Shown in pieces: positions 23,740 to 35,638 of a stretch of DNA of 64,000 bases (its first letter is position 1; every line of letters begins with the position of its first letter). The DNA is taken from contig NC_058371.1 in assembly GCF_018350175.1 (NCBI RefSeq), positions 48,856,001-48,920,000 on the forward strand. Direction: 5' to 3'. Position numbers and translations under genes: made by a program. The notes beneath the pieces were generated by a model, which was not told where the DNA came from, did not search any database, and saw only the letters and a list, made by a program, of their open reading frames with translations. The DNA comes from Felis catus. Taxonomy: Eukaryota.

Positions 23740-23945
23740 GGGCCTTATCTAATCCGTTGAAGACCTTAACAGGAAAACAAAACAAAACAACAACAACAAC
23801 AACAACAAAGACTGACCTCCCCAGAGAAAGAGGGAATTCTGTCAGCAGACTGCCTTTGGACTTGAGCTGCAACATTAATTCTTCCCTGGGTCTCCAGCCT
23901 ACCGGCTTATTGGTTCTGTTTCCTTGGAGAACTCTGACAAATACA
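23740..23945 (+). mobile_element. MLT2-type LTR 3' fragment (an MLT1-like piece lies at about 23280-23620)
   Basis: GAGGGAATTCTGTCAGCAGACTGCCTTTGGACTTGAGCTGCAAC...GGAGAACTCTGACAAATACA. Confidence 0.7.
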
Positions 23946-25209
23946 GTGTTAGGTCTGCAAAAGTTTGAAGAGAAGGCAAGTTTTGAAAGAGTAATTATCT
24001 TGGCAACTAAGACGAAAGTAGCAATTTTAGCAAGCATTGTGAGTTACAGCTACATCCTGAGAAGGAAAAGTGGAAGCAAGGTCCTAATGCTTGCTTAGGA
24101 AGAACAGGCTGCGAGAAGAAAGGATCAAAAGCACAGAGGGAAGAATCGAACTTTGGGAGAAAGAGATGTTTTGTGCCTGAAGTAGAAGAGAGAAAGGATG
24201 GTCTGGGGGGGCTCCCTAGGAGGTTCTGTTCTGAGCAAATCATAGCACTGCTCACAAACTGAGGTGGGACTTTGTACCTTCATTAATACACGGAGAATTC
24301 CGTCACTAGTGTTTCTTTTTTCTTTTTTTTTTTTTTTTCCCCTCTAAATGACATCTGTTCTATAGCTACTTCCTTTGGCTTTCAGCAGAGTATGGCTTAA
24401 GTGCCACAGTCAAATGTCCTCACCCCCTCCCCAGCCCACACACAAGTTAAAAACAGTATTAAGCATTTCTCCCTATCCCATCCCGCCCCCCCCCCCCCCG
24501 CCCTTTGCTGTCTCTGCCTCTGTGCTGAAGTCCCAGCCTGAGCCCCATCCTGATAACACCCCCCCCCCCATTCTGGTCTGGGTGGAGATTTTGTTTCAGT
24601 TGACCCTGGGTCTATTCCTCTGGCTGTTGGTAGGAAATGCCTGAAATTGCAGCTGAAAGGCTTTCACCCAAAGGCTGGTGTGATCTCTTAGGAAATCCCT
24701 GTCTCCTCCTTTCTTGATCTGTGATCATCCTTTATTCTCATCATTCTGCCTTCCCTCTGAACTATTTTGGAGGTTTGACCCCTTGTGCCTGCCAACTCAT
24801 CTCCAGCTCTTTCCTGCCACTCCACAGAGCTAGGTCCCCTCTCCCCTAGAGTCCTTTTGGAACTGGAGTTCACCCTCTGAACCTCTTCAGGGCTGGGGTC
24901 CAGCTCTGCTCACCCAGGGCCGATCTGCCACCAGACACGGACATATTTCATTTCTTTGCTGATTCATTTGCACATCATAGCAATACCACAGGGTATGTAC
25001 ATCCTCCAAATCCAAAAGGGCAGGGACAGGGGTTGGTGGGGGCACTCCCTCACATCAGGGATAGGCCCTTTTTGTCACCAAACATCTTGGATCAAGCCAA
25101 TTGAGAAAGCATGGAGAAAACCAAAGGTCATTTGCTTGTTCTTTCTGTCAATAAATATTTGACAGATATTTCTGTCAATAATATTTCCGTCAATAAATAT
25201 TGCCTTCTA

Positions 25210-25430
25210 TGAGAGGCAGTGTGATGGACTGAAGCTATACACACAGGCACTGGATTTAGCCTGCCCGGGTTCGGCTTTCAAGATCTCCACTTACTAGCTA
25301 CATGACAGGAAGCACATTATTAAATCTCTCCTTGCCTCAGTTAACCTCCGCTAAAAAACGAGGACAACAATTGTGCTTATCTCATAAGGCTGCTGCGAGG
25401 ATTAAATAAATTAATACACAGGTAGCCTAG
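25210..25430. mobile_element. MIR (other MIR/L2 remnants at about 1340-1500, 9110-9330, 12920-13050, 32940-33800, 40940-41470 and 54720-54830)
   Basis: Core CCACTTACTAGCT...GCCTCAGTT...GAGGATTAAATAA. Confidence 0.6.
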
Positions 25431-26829
25431 GTAAGGATCCCTTTGATGTGAATATCTCCCTGGTATTTACCAAGCAATTCTCCCGACCCAGGCTGCGACG
25501 CCAGCAGATGGGAGGTAGACTCGGAATCCAGGTTCAAGGAGGACATTGTGACTGCTGCCAGGGAGGCAACATCCTCTCTGAACCTCAGTCTCTGCGTCTG
25601 TAAGATGGGCAGCATGGGACCTGGCTCCCTCGCTGGAGGCTGTGGTGAGGTTGTCTTGAGACCATTGAGAGAACGTGCTTTACAAACTGAAACTTGCCTT
25701 GACCAGGTGGAGCAGATTAGAGATGGCTGATTGGCTTTCTGATCGGCTGGGATTGTGAATTGGCTTTCTGATTGGCTGGCCCCTCCTCAGCTTCTGGCTT
25801 AGAGGAAAGTTCTTGCGCTTTGGCCATACCTACTTTACTCCAAGGGCCAAGCCAGGGTGGGCATGGAAGTGTGGGGATGTGGGAAAAGGCCGGGCAGGGT
25901 TGCCCCCGCTCTGTGGTCCCCTCTCTCCCTGCACTGTCCTGTTATAACTTTCATCACACCTCAGCCCCCTCACTTGTCGAATTGTTGGCTTTGGTCACCA
26001 GATGCAACCTCTTGGGGCCAGGGCTGGTGTGAAGTATTCCGCACACTCCCACAGTTTGGGGCGGAACCTGGTGTGCGGTAGGTAGGGATCCATTCATGAA
26101 GAATGACAAGTGAGGATCCCAGGTGGGAGCCTAGGAGGAGAGTCACAACTCCCTGCTAGAGGTCAGTTCCCCTCCGATGGATGTCACTGTTTATACCAGA
26201 GGCCCCTCCACGAACAAAATCACAGAATTTGGGAGCGCCTGGGGCCCAGCTCCCTCCGGCAGAACACGGAGGTTTGGAGGCACCAAGTGGCTGCTGAGTC
26301 ATTCGCCCACCGTGGCGGGGCTGGGGACCAACCTCGCGGGGTCTTCCTGGGACCGAGGGGCTGCGGGGGAGGGGGGCGGAATTTCAGTGCTAAGGCGGGG
26401 ACAGTCCCAGGCAAACCGGGGCAGGAGGGGCTGGGGCAGCAACCCGGGGAGCCTGCCTTCTCCCAGTGCGTCTCCCCCTTAGACGGGCGAGAAGACCGCG
26501 CGGTCCAGGGCTGAACCCCGCTCCCGCACCCCAGCCCGGCCACGAGGCGGCCCCCGGGGCGGGCGGCGGCTCGGGAGGCGCCTCCCCCGGGCGCGGCGGC
26601 CGCAGGGCGGGCCCGGGGAGCCGGCGGGGCCCGGGGTCGGGGGGCCCCCGCGGCGGCACAAAGAGGCCCGCCGCGGCAGTTTTGAAAATACCGAGGAAGT
26701 GGATCTGGGCCGGGGCCCAGGGAGTGACGACGAGGGAGGGAGCGCGCGCCAGCGAGCAGGGGGGAGGCGGGAGGCGGGGAGCGCGGGGCGCGGGCCGGCC
26801 GCAGACCTCGCCGGCCTCCAGCGGGAAGC

Positions 26830-26834
<5 letters not shown>

Positions 26835-26864
<30 letters not shown>
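26835..26864 (+). repeat. (GGC)10 in the SCARA3 5' region
   Basis: Ten uninterrupted GGC units. Confidence 0.95.
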
Positions 26865-26866
<2 letters not shown>

Positions 26867-27067
26867 GATGGGCGGCCCGACGCCCCCCGGCTGCGACCCC
26901 GCGGACCCTCCCCTCGGCGCGCCGCCTCCGCAGCCTGGCGCTCGAGCGGGCGGCGCGTAGGGCGGCGAGCGGGTGCCGGCCGAGGACCCGCCGGCTTCAC
27001 CGCGCGCGCCAGTCCGCAGCTCGAGCCGCCGCCCCGGGGCGCTCCCGAGGCCCCTGCCGGAGGGATC

Positions 27068-27074
27068 ATGAAAG
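27068..27074 (+). CDS. SCARA3: SCARA3 exon 1 coding part (ATG AAA G)
   Basis: gggatcATGAAAG|gtaagc; G joins TG of exon 2 to give MKV. Confidence 0.92.
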
Positions 27075-30004
27075 GTAAGCCCCGAGCGCGCGAGGACGAG
27101 GCGAACCCCGGCGGGACCCCCCGCGCTCCCCTCCCCTCCCGGGCGCGGAGGGGAGGACTCTCGGGGTGGGGCGGGGGAGCCATGGGCTCTCCCTGCCCTT
27201 CTGATCCTCCTGCCTAAGGCACTGATATGGGGCACGCATGCAGCCCTGATTGTCTAGAGGAGGGGAGAGTTCACACAGTCACCTTCTTACTCCGCATCGC
27301 TCTATCCCTAAAAACAGTTTGAACTTCCAGAGAAGTTTCTGGTCCCTTTAACCGGTCAGCGCAGAAAGATGTCACCAGCCCAGCCTTCTGGGTGGTGTAA
27401 ATCCCCAACCAGGGGACCCATCCTAGAGCTCCCGCAGCCCCCTACCTAGCTTGCCAGGTGCCAGGCCTAGGTACTGTCCTACAGGAACTTCAACCCCTTC
27501 CTCAGGAGAGACCTGTTTTGTCCAAGTCGCTCAGCCCAGGCCCTGCCCCACCCCAGCCTCTGAACCCTGGCTGACCAGCCCTCTGACCTCCCAGGGACAA
27601 AATATCTGGGAAAGGCCAGTGGTCCAGGCCTGAGCTCTCCCCGGGGGCACTGGGTTATCCCCACAGTGGCCCTTCCTTGCAGAGACAAGAACCAGACTCG
27701 GTCCCAGGTGCTCATACCTGGGCCTGGCTTTCTTGAGGCCCGGGAAAAAGCACACTTTGCCTTAACAGTCATTTTCAGGCTAAGGGCACAGCAGACTTTG
27801 GGATCATCTTATGGGACAGGCAACCTTTGGGGTTTTTAATGCTCTCTCCCATGCTTTCCAATAATCCTTCCACAGCACCTCGGGCAGGTGCCGGTGTTCC
27901 TGGTAGTGAGAACCTCATCACTCCTTTGACTTACCGAATGCTGGGGCTGACAAAGACCTTCGAGATCATCTATGTGTCTTTAAATATACTCCCAGGTGTT
28001 GTTGAAGTATCAGCTCTGTTTGTGTCTTTTACATATGAGGGTCTAAGGGTTCCTGTGGAGAAAGGGCCCCACAGACAAACCTCTCTGACTGAATGCAGCC
28101 TCCGTGTTGTATAGTTGAGGAAACTGAGGCCCAAACAGGTAGAAGCGGCTTCATGGGTGTGCAGACCTGTGCATCTTCACAGGTTCCTGCGCTCGGAAGG
28201 CTTCACACTGGGTTCAATGTCTTGAAAATGTTTAGTAACTTTTAAACAAGGGCCCCTAACACTTTACCGGCCTCTACGAATTATGTTGCTGGTCCTAGGG
28301 ATAGGAGGAAGGAACTTGCTTAAGACTCACAGCGAGTCCGGGGAACTAGAACCCAGCGGCCTGACTTCCAGGCCAGAGCACTGGCCAACGCACCCCTGCC
28401 TCTCTGTCACTTCCTTCCCTCTGGCCTCCGGACCCTCTATCTGTGCTTGCTGACAGTCTCACCGTGTCTTGGGCTGTCTGGGATGAGGCAAGCAAGTTAT
28501 AATCACCTCCAGGGAGTTCCCATGGCAGCAGAGAAGAGCCTCACCCACGAAGCTCCTGCCTTCAGCTACCACATCTGTGGAGACGTACTCACCCCGGTCA
28601 GCCGGCCTAGGGCAGGTCATTACCCAGAAGCCTTTGGAAGGGTCTTAGACCACATCTCACCACAGGCTTGGGGCCCATACTGCTCTGGGCCTTCATGACG
28701 ATGGTGAGATGCTACACATACTGAGAGTGGTGTGGTTCCACCAACATCCCCGGCAAACACTGTAAGAGAAAACAGAGTGAGAGACAGCAGGGCAGGGCAG
28801 GAATCCCCTGGAGTGGAGGAGCCATCCGGCTCCCAGAGAGGAGGGAGTCGGGAGCACATAACCTGCCTTTCTGAAACTCAGCAAGGTAATTCCACTCCTC
28901 CGAATGGAAGAGGAAATGAGCTAGTGTGGATGAATATTTCGAGGAGGATCGACTACTGTGGCAGCAGGTCTCAGGGTCTTTGTGGCCTGCCGGCCGGAAG
29001 TCTACAGGCTCCCTCCTTGGGTTCCCAAAGTCTGCCCCTCTCACCTCTTCTTCCCTGTTCTCAACCAACAGCCTCACCACCACGTGGGGCCAAATTCCTG
29101 TTCACTGGGGCCTTTGGGGCCGCTCTCATGTATTTGTCCTCCAGTCTCCAGGAAACCTTACATGATCTCCCATAACATCCCAGGGGCATGGGCTGCCGGG
29201 CTGCGGGGGAAGACGAGGGTTGATTCCCAGGGCACCCTGCCCCCCCCCTGCCCCCTCCCCCCCCCCCCCCCCCCCCCCCCGCCCCACAAGTGTCTTCCCT
29301 CATTCTCCCCAGGAGCTAGGAAGACCTGCCACCTCTACCTGAGATGGAAAAGGCAGGGCAGACAGCAAATATTTGGCCTTTGGATCCGTGGCGTGTGAAG
29401 AACCAGGGTTTTTTTCACCCACATGGAAAAAGTAAAATGCCCAGCAAAGCAGGGTAGCCCTTCCAGACTGGCCCTTCCCCAAGGGGAACTGGCTTCACAC
29501 GCTCCTCCAAAGGCCCCACCAATCTGAGAATTACATCTGTTGGCCAAGATTCATCATCTCCCCTCAAAGCAAAACATGGTGATGTTATGCTTTGTGGGGG
29601 AGAGGGGTGTTGGTGGGGACGGTACGTAAACCAGAAAACACATTTGCTGAGGAGTACGGCCCCCGGTGGCCAGGCGCCAGGGCCTGCTCCTGCCAGCCAG
29701 GCTGTTTCCACCCCGAGGCTCCTCCTGCCTGCCTGCCTGCCTGCCTCTGGCTGGGCCTCCCAGGCGACCACATCTTCTGATGCAAGCTGGTACCTGGCCC
29801 CAGGTGCGGCCCCTTCTCACACCTGGGGGCCACACAGCCGGCCCCAGGCCCTTGGTGACTGGCCCATCTTGGAGCATCCCACTGGCCTGTCTGAGCCATT
29901 AATAGACACCTGTGGGATTGTTTCCACACCTGTGGCGAGAGGGTCCGGTCGTGGGAGCTCTCCCAGCTATCCAAGTGATTTGAGAGTCAAAGATAGGGGC
30001 TTGT

Positions 30005-30228
30005 GGGGCGCCTGGGTGGCTCAGTCGGTTAAGCGTCCGACTTCAGCCAGGTCACGATCTCGCGGTCCGTGAGTTCGAGCCCCGCGTCGGGCTCTGGGTT
30101 GATGGCTCAGAGCCTGGAGCCTGTCTCCGATTCTGTGTCTCCCTCTCTCTCTGCCCCTCCCCCATTCATGCTCTGTCTCTCTCTGTCCCAAAAATAAATA
30201 AATGTTGAAAAAAAAATTAAAAAAAAAA
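30005..30228 (+). mobile_element. Young SINEC_Fc-type SINE
   Basis: CCAGGTCACGATCTCGCGGTCCG; TSD aaagataggggcttg. Confidence 0.93.
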
Positions 30229-31085
30229 AAAGATAGGGGCTTGAGTCCTAGCCCCACGTGAGGCTCTGGTCAAAGCGTTTCTGTCTCTGGGCCTCGTTTT
30301 CCTCCTGGGTGATCCCTAAGGCCCGTCCTGCTCTGATGCACTGTGGCTCAGCCCAGGACCTCCGGCCCTGAGTACCACTTGGGGAGCGGAAGTGACTCGG
30401 TGGAGGGATGGTTGGAAGCAGGCCCACCGCACGGGTGAGTCTTTGCCCCTGGGAGACTTGTCCTCAGCTGCCACAGACAGGGCAGAGCCACACCCCGCTG
30501 TTTCCCAAGCGTGGGAGGGATGGCCCCTCGCCACAGAATCAGAGACCAGTGCCCACGCTCTGTGGAGAAAGGGTGGAGAGGGAGAGAAAGGGCTTCAGAA
30601 TATAGCAGTGTGACCCCAGGAAAATCCATCCCCCACAGCTTGGCGGAGGGGATCATGAGCGGGCAGACTGGGTCCCCTTGGAAAGCCTGACCTCCATCCC
30701 CAGACATTGGGTGCTGAAAGGAGCCTGAGACTAGAAGAAAAGGAGCTGACGTGGCAGAGGTGCAGCGAGCCACTAAACGGCCTGATGTGGGGGGGCCCGG
30801 GAGCTTAGATGATGGAGGTCAGCTCCAAACCCTCACCCCCCCCCCCCCCCGCTACTCACCTTGCCATCCAGCTGGGGTAATTTTAATAGCTGAAGACTCA
30901 CATCGCAAAGCCAGTTTGCGAGGAAAAAGAATTCTGCTTCTCAGCAGATGTTGGTGGAGAGCTTAGCCGTTTCCACGAAAGGCAGGCCGCCGTGCTGGGC
31001 GTTAGGACTGGCAGGTTCTGGCGTGAGGGACTGTGCCACTATACTTATAGATATGCTGCCCCTGTCGGATTATGTTTAACTTAGC

Positions 31086-31087
<2 letters not shown>

Positions 31088-31133
<46 letters not shown>
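31088..31133. repeat. (GT)23 microsatellite
   Basis: Read directly. Confidence 0.95.
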
Positions 31134-31134
<1 letters not shown>

Positions 31135-31324
31135 GTGAGCACTGAAGCCAGAGGTTAGACCTAGTCCTGTCACCCGTCAGCTTTATAACCACATGGCCAT
31201 GGTGAAGTCATTGCTACTCTCTGGCCCCCCTCGTCTGCAAGTAGACTGCATCGTCTTTAATGTTCTTTCCCCCTCTAACATTCTACTCTTTTGTTTTTCC
31301 TTCTGAGAGGGCTTATTGATTCAG

Positions 31325-31850
31325 TTATTTAATTTGAGTGCAGCTGACACACCCCATTACATTAGTTTCAGGTGTGCACCATACTGACTGCACAAGTTTA
31401 GACATTACGCCGTGCTCCCCACAAGTGTAGCTGCCATCGGTCACCCTGCGGCACTGTTACAGTATCGTTGACTGCGTGCCCTACGTGGAGCCTTTTCTTC
31501 CCCTGATTCATTCACTCCATAACCGAAAGCCTCTATCTCCCGCTCCCCTTCCCCCATTCTGCCCACCCTCCCACCTCCCTTCTGGCAACCATCTGTTTGT
31601 CCTCTGTATTTATAGATCTGATTCTGCTTTCTGTTTATTCATTGGTTGTGTTTTTGGATTCCACATATGAGCGAAATCATGTGGTATTTGTCTCTCAGTC
31701 TGACTTACTTCACTTGGCATAATACCCTCTAGGTCCATCCATGTGGTTGCAAATGGCACAATCTCCTCCTCTTTGTGACTGTGTAGTATTCCACGGTATA
31801 TAGAGGGTACATATATTTATATCTCTCCATCTGTCTATTGATCCATGTCT
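31325..31850 (-). mobile_element. L1 3' end fragment
   Basis: GATTCCACATATGAGCGAAATCATGTGGTATTTGTC...TCCATCCATGTGGTTGCAAATGGC. Confidence 0.8.
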
Positions 31851-32673
31851 ATTTTTCTCTCAGAATAAGACTGTAGAGCCCACAGGATAGTATTAGGATG
31901 TGAGTGTCATGAATATGGCGATCCTGGCTGCCTTTTTCTTGCCTCACTCTCTCATGGTGCCTGGCACTTAGGAGGTGTCCACTGCATTTGCTAGTGGATA
32001 CGTTTGGGTCCCCTACTGGGCTGAAATCCTTCAAGGCAACAGCAACACCGTGCTCTCTATCCCCAGAATCTAAGGTAGGTATCCCATAAAGACTCATGCT
32101 TCTATTTAACATTCACTGTCCTAGCTCCAAACGCCAGGGCTTGTGTGTATATTTATGTCTAAGGGTCAAGATAAATGCAAAGAAGAACTCACTGCCCTTT
32201 CGCTCAAGGAGCTTACCCTTTGCTAAGGTGCTTAAGATTTGTGCCCAAATCATTCAAAAGAGATTGAAAGTGTGCCATAAGACAGGTCCCGGGGAGGCCA
32301 TTTGGGGTAGTTTTGGCTCTTTTCCTGTCTCCCTCTTAGCATAGCATCTGCTGTGGACTCTCTGGTTCTCACGGGGCACCCATTCTAGTACAGTCTTCCC
32401 TGGCCTTGTGGATTTGACATATGAGGACAGGCTGAGGATACCAGGTTTACGGCTCTGGGCGCCAGACTCATATTGCTGACTGTGTCGTGAACACCTCTAG
32501 AGGCCTGCGGACACCTTCAAGGCTCAGATGACATCCCTCACAGCCACCTGAACCTGAGCCTGTGGTTATTGGCTGTGGTTATTGGTTATTGGTTATTGGG
32601 ATGTTGCACCACACTTTGGTGGCTTCTGCCCTCAGGCAGAGATGAGACGTACACACTTAAGAAGAAAACTGGA

Positions 32674-32897
32674 GGGGCGCCTGGGTGGTGCAGTCGGTTA
32701 AGCGTCCGACTTCAACCAGGTCACGATCTCACGGTCCGTGAGTTCGAGCCCCGCGTCAGGCTCTGGGCTGATGGCTCAGAGCCTGGAGCCTGTTTCTGAT
32801 TCTGTGTCTCCCTCTCTCTCTGCCCCTCCCCCGTTCATGCTCTGTCTTTCTCTCTGTCCCAAAAAAAATAAATAAACGTTGAAAAAAAGAAAAAAAG
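32674..32897 (+). mobile_element. Young SINEC_Fc-type SINE
   Basis: TSD aagaagaaaactgga. Confidence 0.93.
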
Positions 32898-34087
32898 AAG
32901 AAGAAAACTGGATAATGAAGGGAGACGAAGCAAACAGACAAATGCATGGTATATGTAGTAGGTTCAGTAGGAATCCCGGGGAGAAAGAGCAGTACAGGTT
33001 GGGGGGCAGTTTGGGGAGGCTTTGAGGAGGAATGAAAGGGTAGGCAAAACTTGGGTCAGGTCACTTAGGGGATAGTCATGAGAGGCAGGAAACAGCGTTG
33101 TGGAAAGCTGGGCTTTACGTCATTGGGTAAATGTGTTTAGGGGTGATGGGTAAAGTGATTTGCCTAGGGTTGAGAGCTGGGTCAGCGACTCAGGGAGCCA
33201 CAAGGCCAAGAGGCGTCGAGCACCCTGCCAAGGACTTCCGGTTGTGTCTTGTTGATTTTGGAGAAGCCCTGGAAGGGTTTGTCAGGAGACGGCCTGGAGA
33301 TGTGCTCTAATGACTTTAGCCCACGTTGGAAAATCTCTGCTTTTAGAGAATGGCGGCAGAGGGGGTAGGGGGGGAGAAAACGAGCCTGTGAGGGAGCCAG
33401 AGAGACATAGGCAGAGAACCGTGCCGGTAATGTCAGGGAAACTGAGAGGAGAAAGTTCCAAGAAGGAGGAAATGGTCAACAATGTTGACTGTTCCTCAAC
33501 AGAGTTAATTGATCCGAGGAAGCCAGGCGGCACAGTCTGAGAGGGCAATGGCTAGATCTGAAGCAAAGGTACGGGGAGACCTCGCATTAGAGAAGTTCCA
33601 GAAAAAGGTAACTGAGTAGTGAACACAGGAAGCAGAGCCAGGCATGAAGGGGTTTTCCAGGTGGGGCTGGCCTGTGCTTATTTAAAGGGAGAGGGAGAGA
33701 AGACGGAGTTCTGGAAACGGGCACGTGGTGAGGAAGGAGGTAGCAGTGGGTAAGCTTTGCCTTCAAAAGAAGAAAGGCTCTCTTTTGGGGATGCAAGGGA
33801 AGGGAGAAATGACATGTACAGACACAGACTTGTTGCATTTAATCTTTTTATGTATAGTACATATGCATTATGAAACATTTTGAAAAATTCAGTAAAGGGG
33901 AAAAAACAGCACTTACTCCTACCCCTCAGAGATAATTGACAAGATTTGGATGAGCATTCTTCCAGAAATCTTTGTGTGAATATTGGCACACCGATTTTTT
34001 TCATATGGATAAGATTATACTTTCCATGTTATTCTCTATATGTATTTTTAAAATTCAATGAACTTAGATATCTTCCTTGGGGGAAAA

Positions 34088-34291
34088 ATTTTTTTAAACT
34101 GTTTATTTCAGAGAGAGAGAGAGCAGGGGAGGGGCAGAAAGAGACAGTGAGACAGAGAATCCTAAGCAGGCTCCACGCTGTCAGCACAGAGCCCAACACA
34201 GGGCTCAATCCCACAAACCGTGCGATCATAACCTGAGCCAAAATTAAGAGTTGGACAGTCAACTGACTGAACGTTGAGACCCAGGTGTTCC
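34088..34291 (-). mobile_element. Can-SINE
   Basis: Typical body. Confidence 0.85.
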
Positions 34292-35149
34292 AAGTCTGCA
34301 TTATTTTTAAAATGGTTGCATAATATTCCATATATGACTTTACAATAATTTATTTAACTAATCCCTTATTGGTGGGCATTTGAGTTATTTACGTTCTTCC
34401 TGGGGTTTGTCACAACATACAATGATAATCTGCACACATTCATCTTTGCCCCACTGTATAAGCATCCCCTTAGGAAAAAATGCCTAGAAACGGGGTTGCT
34501 GAGTCAAAAGGCATGCTCATTTGAAGTTTGGAAATGGAGTGTGCCACACGACTCCTAAAGCATGAGTGGGCCCCTCAGCCCCACTGGGTTTGAGGTGTAA
34601 CACGTGGAGGAAGTTTGGGGAAGGTGTAGACTTTTGATCTTTACAGAAAAGGAGGAAGTGAGTTCATCTTTGGAGAATAAGCGATCAGAGAAGAGAAGGA
34701 ACAGTGAGCGAGGATCCAAGCGGGACTTGACGGAAGTCAAATCCACGCCATTCTCTGACGCGCTCCCACCGGGCTGGGGTTCCCCAGAGCAATGCAGAGG
34801 AAACAGGCTGAGGGGGTGAAGGGCACAAGGGCCAGGAGACAAAGCTAACGGCCCCAGCACGCTGAAGATTATCCCAGGGGGCTAGACTGAGAGCAGGGTG
34901 GAGTGAGAACTGAAAAGGCTTAGCGCAGTGGAGAGATTGAAGAGCAGTGGGAGAGGTCCTTGAGGTCCAGCAGATGGGACAGCAGTAAACTTTCTGTTCC
35001 AGAGGGCACGCCAGCTGAGCTGTGGCCGAGGCAGAGAAGAGACTCATAGATTCCAGGTCAGGGAGCTTGGAGGTCTAGGGAACCAATGGACTTTCAACAA
35101 ATGTTGCTTCCATTAAAGTTGATGGCAGGAGACAGTCCAGAACATGAGA

Positions 35150-35638
35150 CGCTCATGCTCTGTCTCTCTCTGTCTCTCAATAATAAATAAACGTTAAGAA
35201 AAAAAAAATTAAAAAAGAAAAGAACTACTTAAAAAAAGTTCTATGGTCAAATAAGTTTGAGAAACAAAATTAAACGCAGGTTGAAATGGGCTTTTTTTTT
35301 CTTTTGCTGCCTTGTCAAAATTTTCACTACATTAATGTGAGCTTCTACGATGGTAATAGAATATGCAGCACTTTCCAGACTTACTTGATCAAAGAGCTTT
35401 CTTTGTTTTGTTTTTCACAAAGAATATTTTGGGATTAGTGTTCCACAGGCCATATTTTGAAAAACGGATTTCTTGAAAGTTGGGGAGGGTCAGAGAGAGG
35501 GAGACACAGAATCTGAAACAGGCTCCAGGCTCTGAGCTGTCAGCACAGAGCCCGACGCGGGGCTCGAACTCACCGACCGAGAGATCGTGACCTGAGCCGA
35601 AGTCGGACGCTCAACCGACTGAGCCACCCAGGCGCCCC
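35150..35638. mobile_element. SINE 3' half (+, 35150-35222), hAT-like segment, SINE 5' half (-, 35482-35638)
   Basis: Each SINE piece is truncated at the CCCTCCCC/CGCTCATG junction. Confidence 0.75.

Larger units (their letters stand above)
26300..27200. promoter_or_regulatory. CpG island, SCARA3 promoter and 5' exon
   Basis: Very high GC and CpG; GC boxes; ETS core GAGGAAGT near 26693; no TATA seen. Confidence 0.9.

Noticed and set aside
26390-27235. Long overlapping Pro/Gly/Arg ORFs on the minus strand
   Set aside because: Stop-codon depletion in a CpG island
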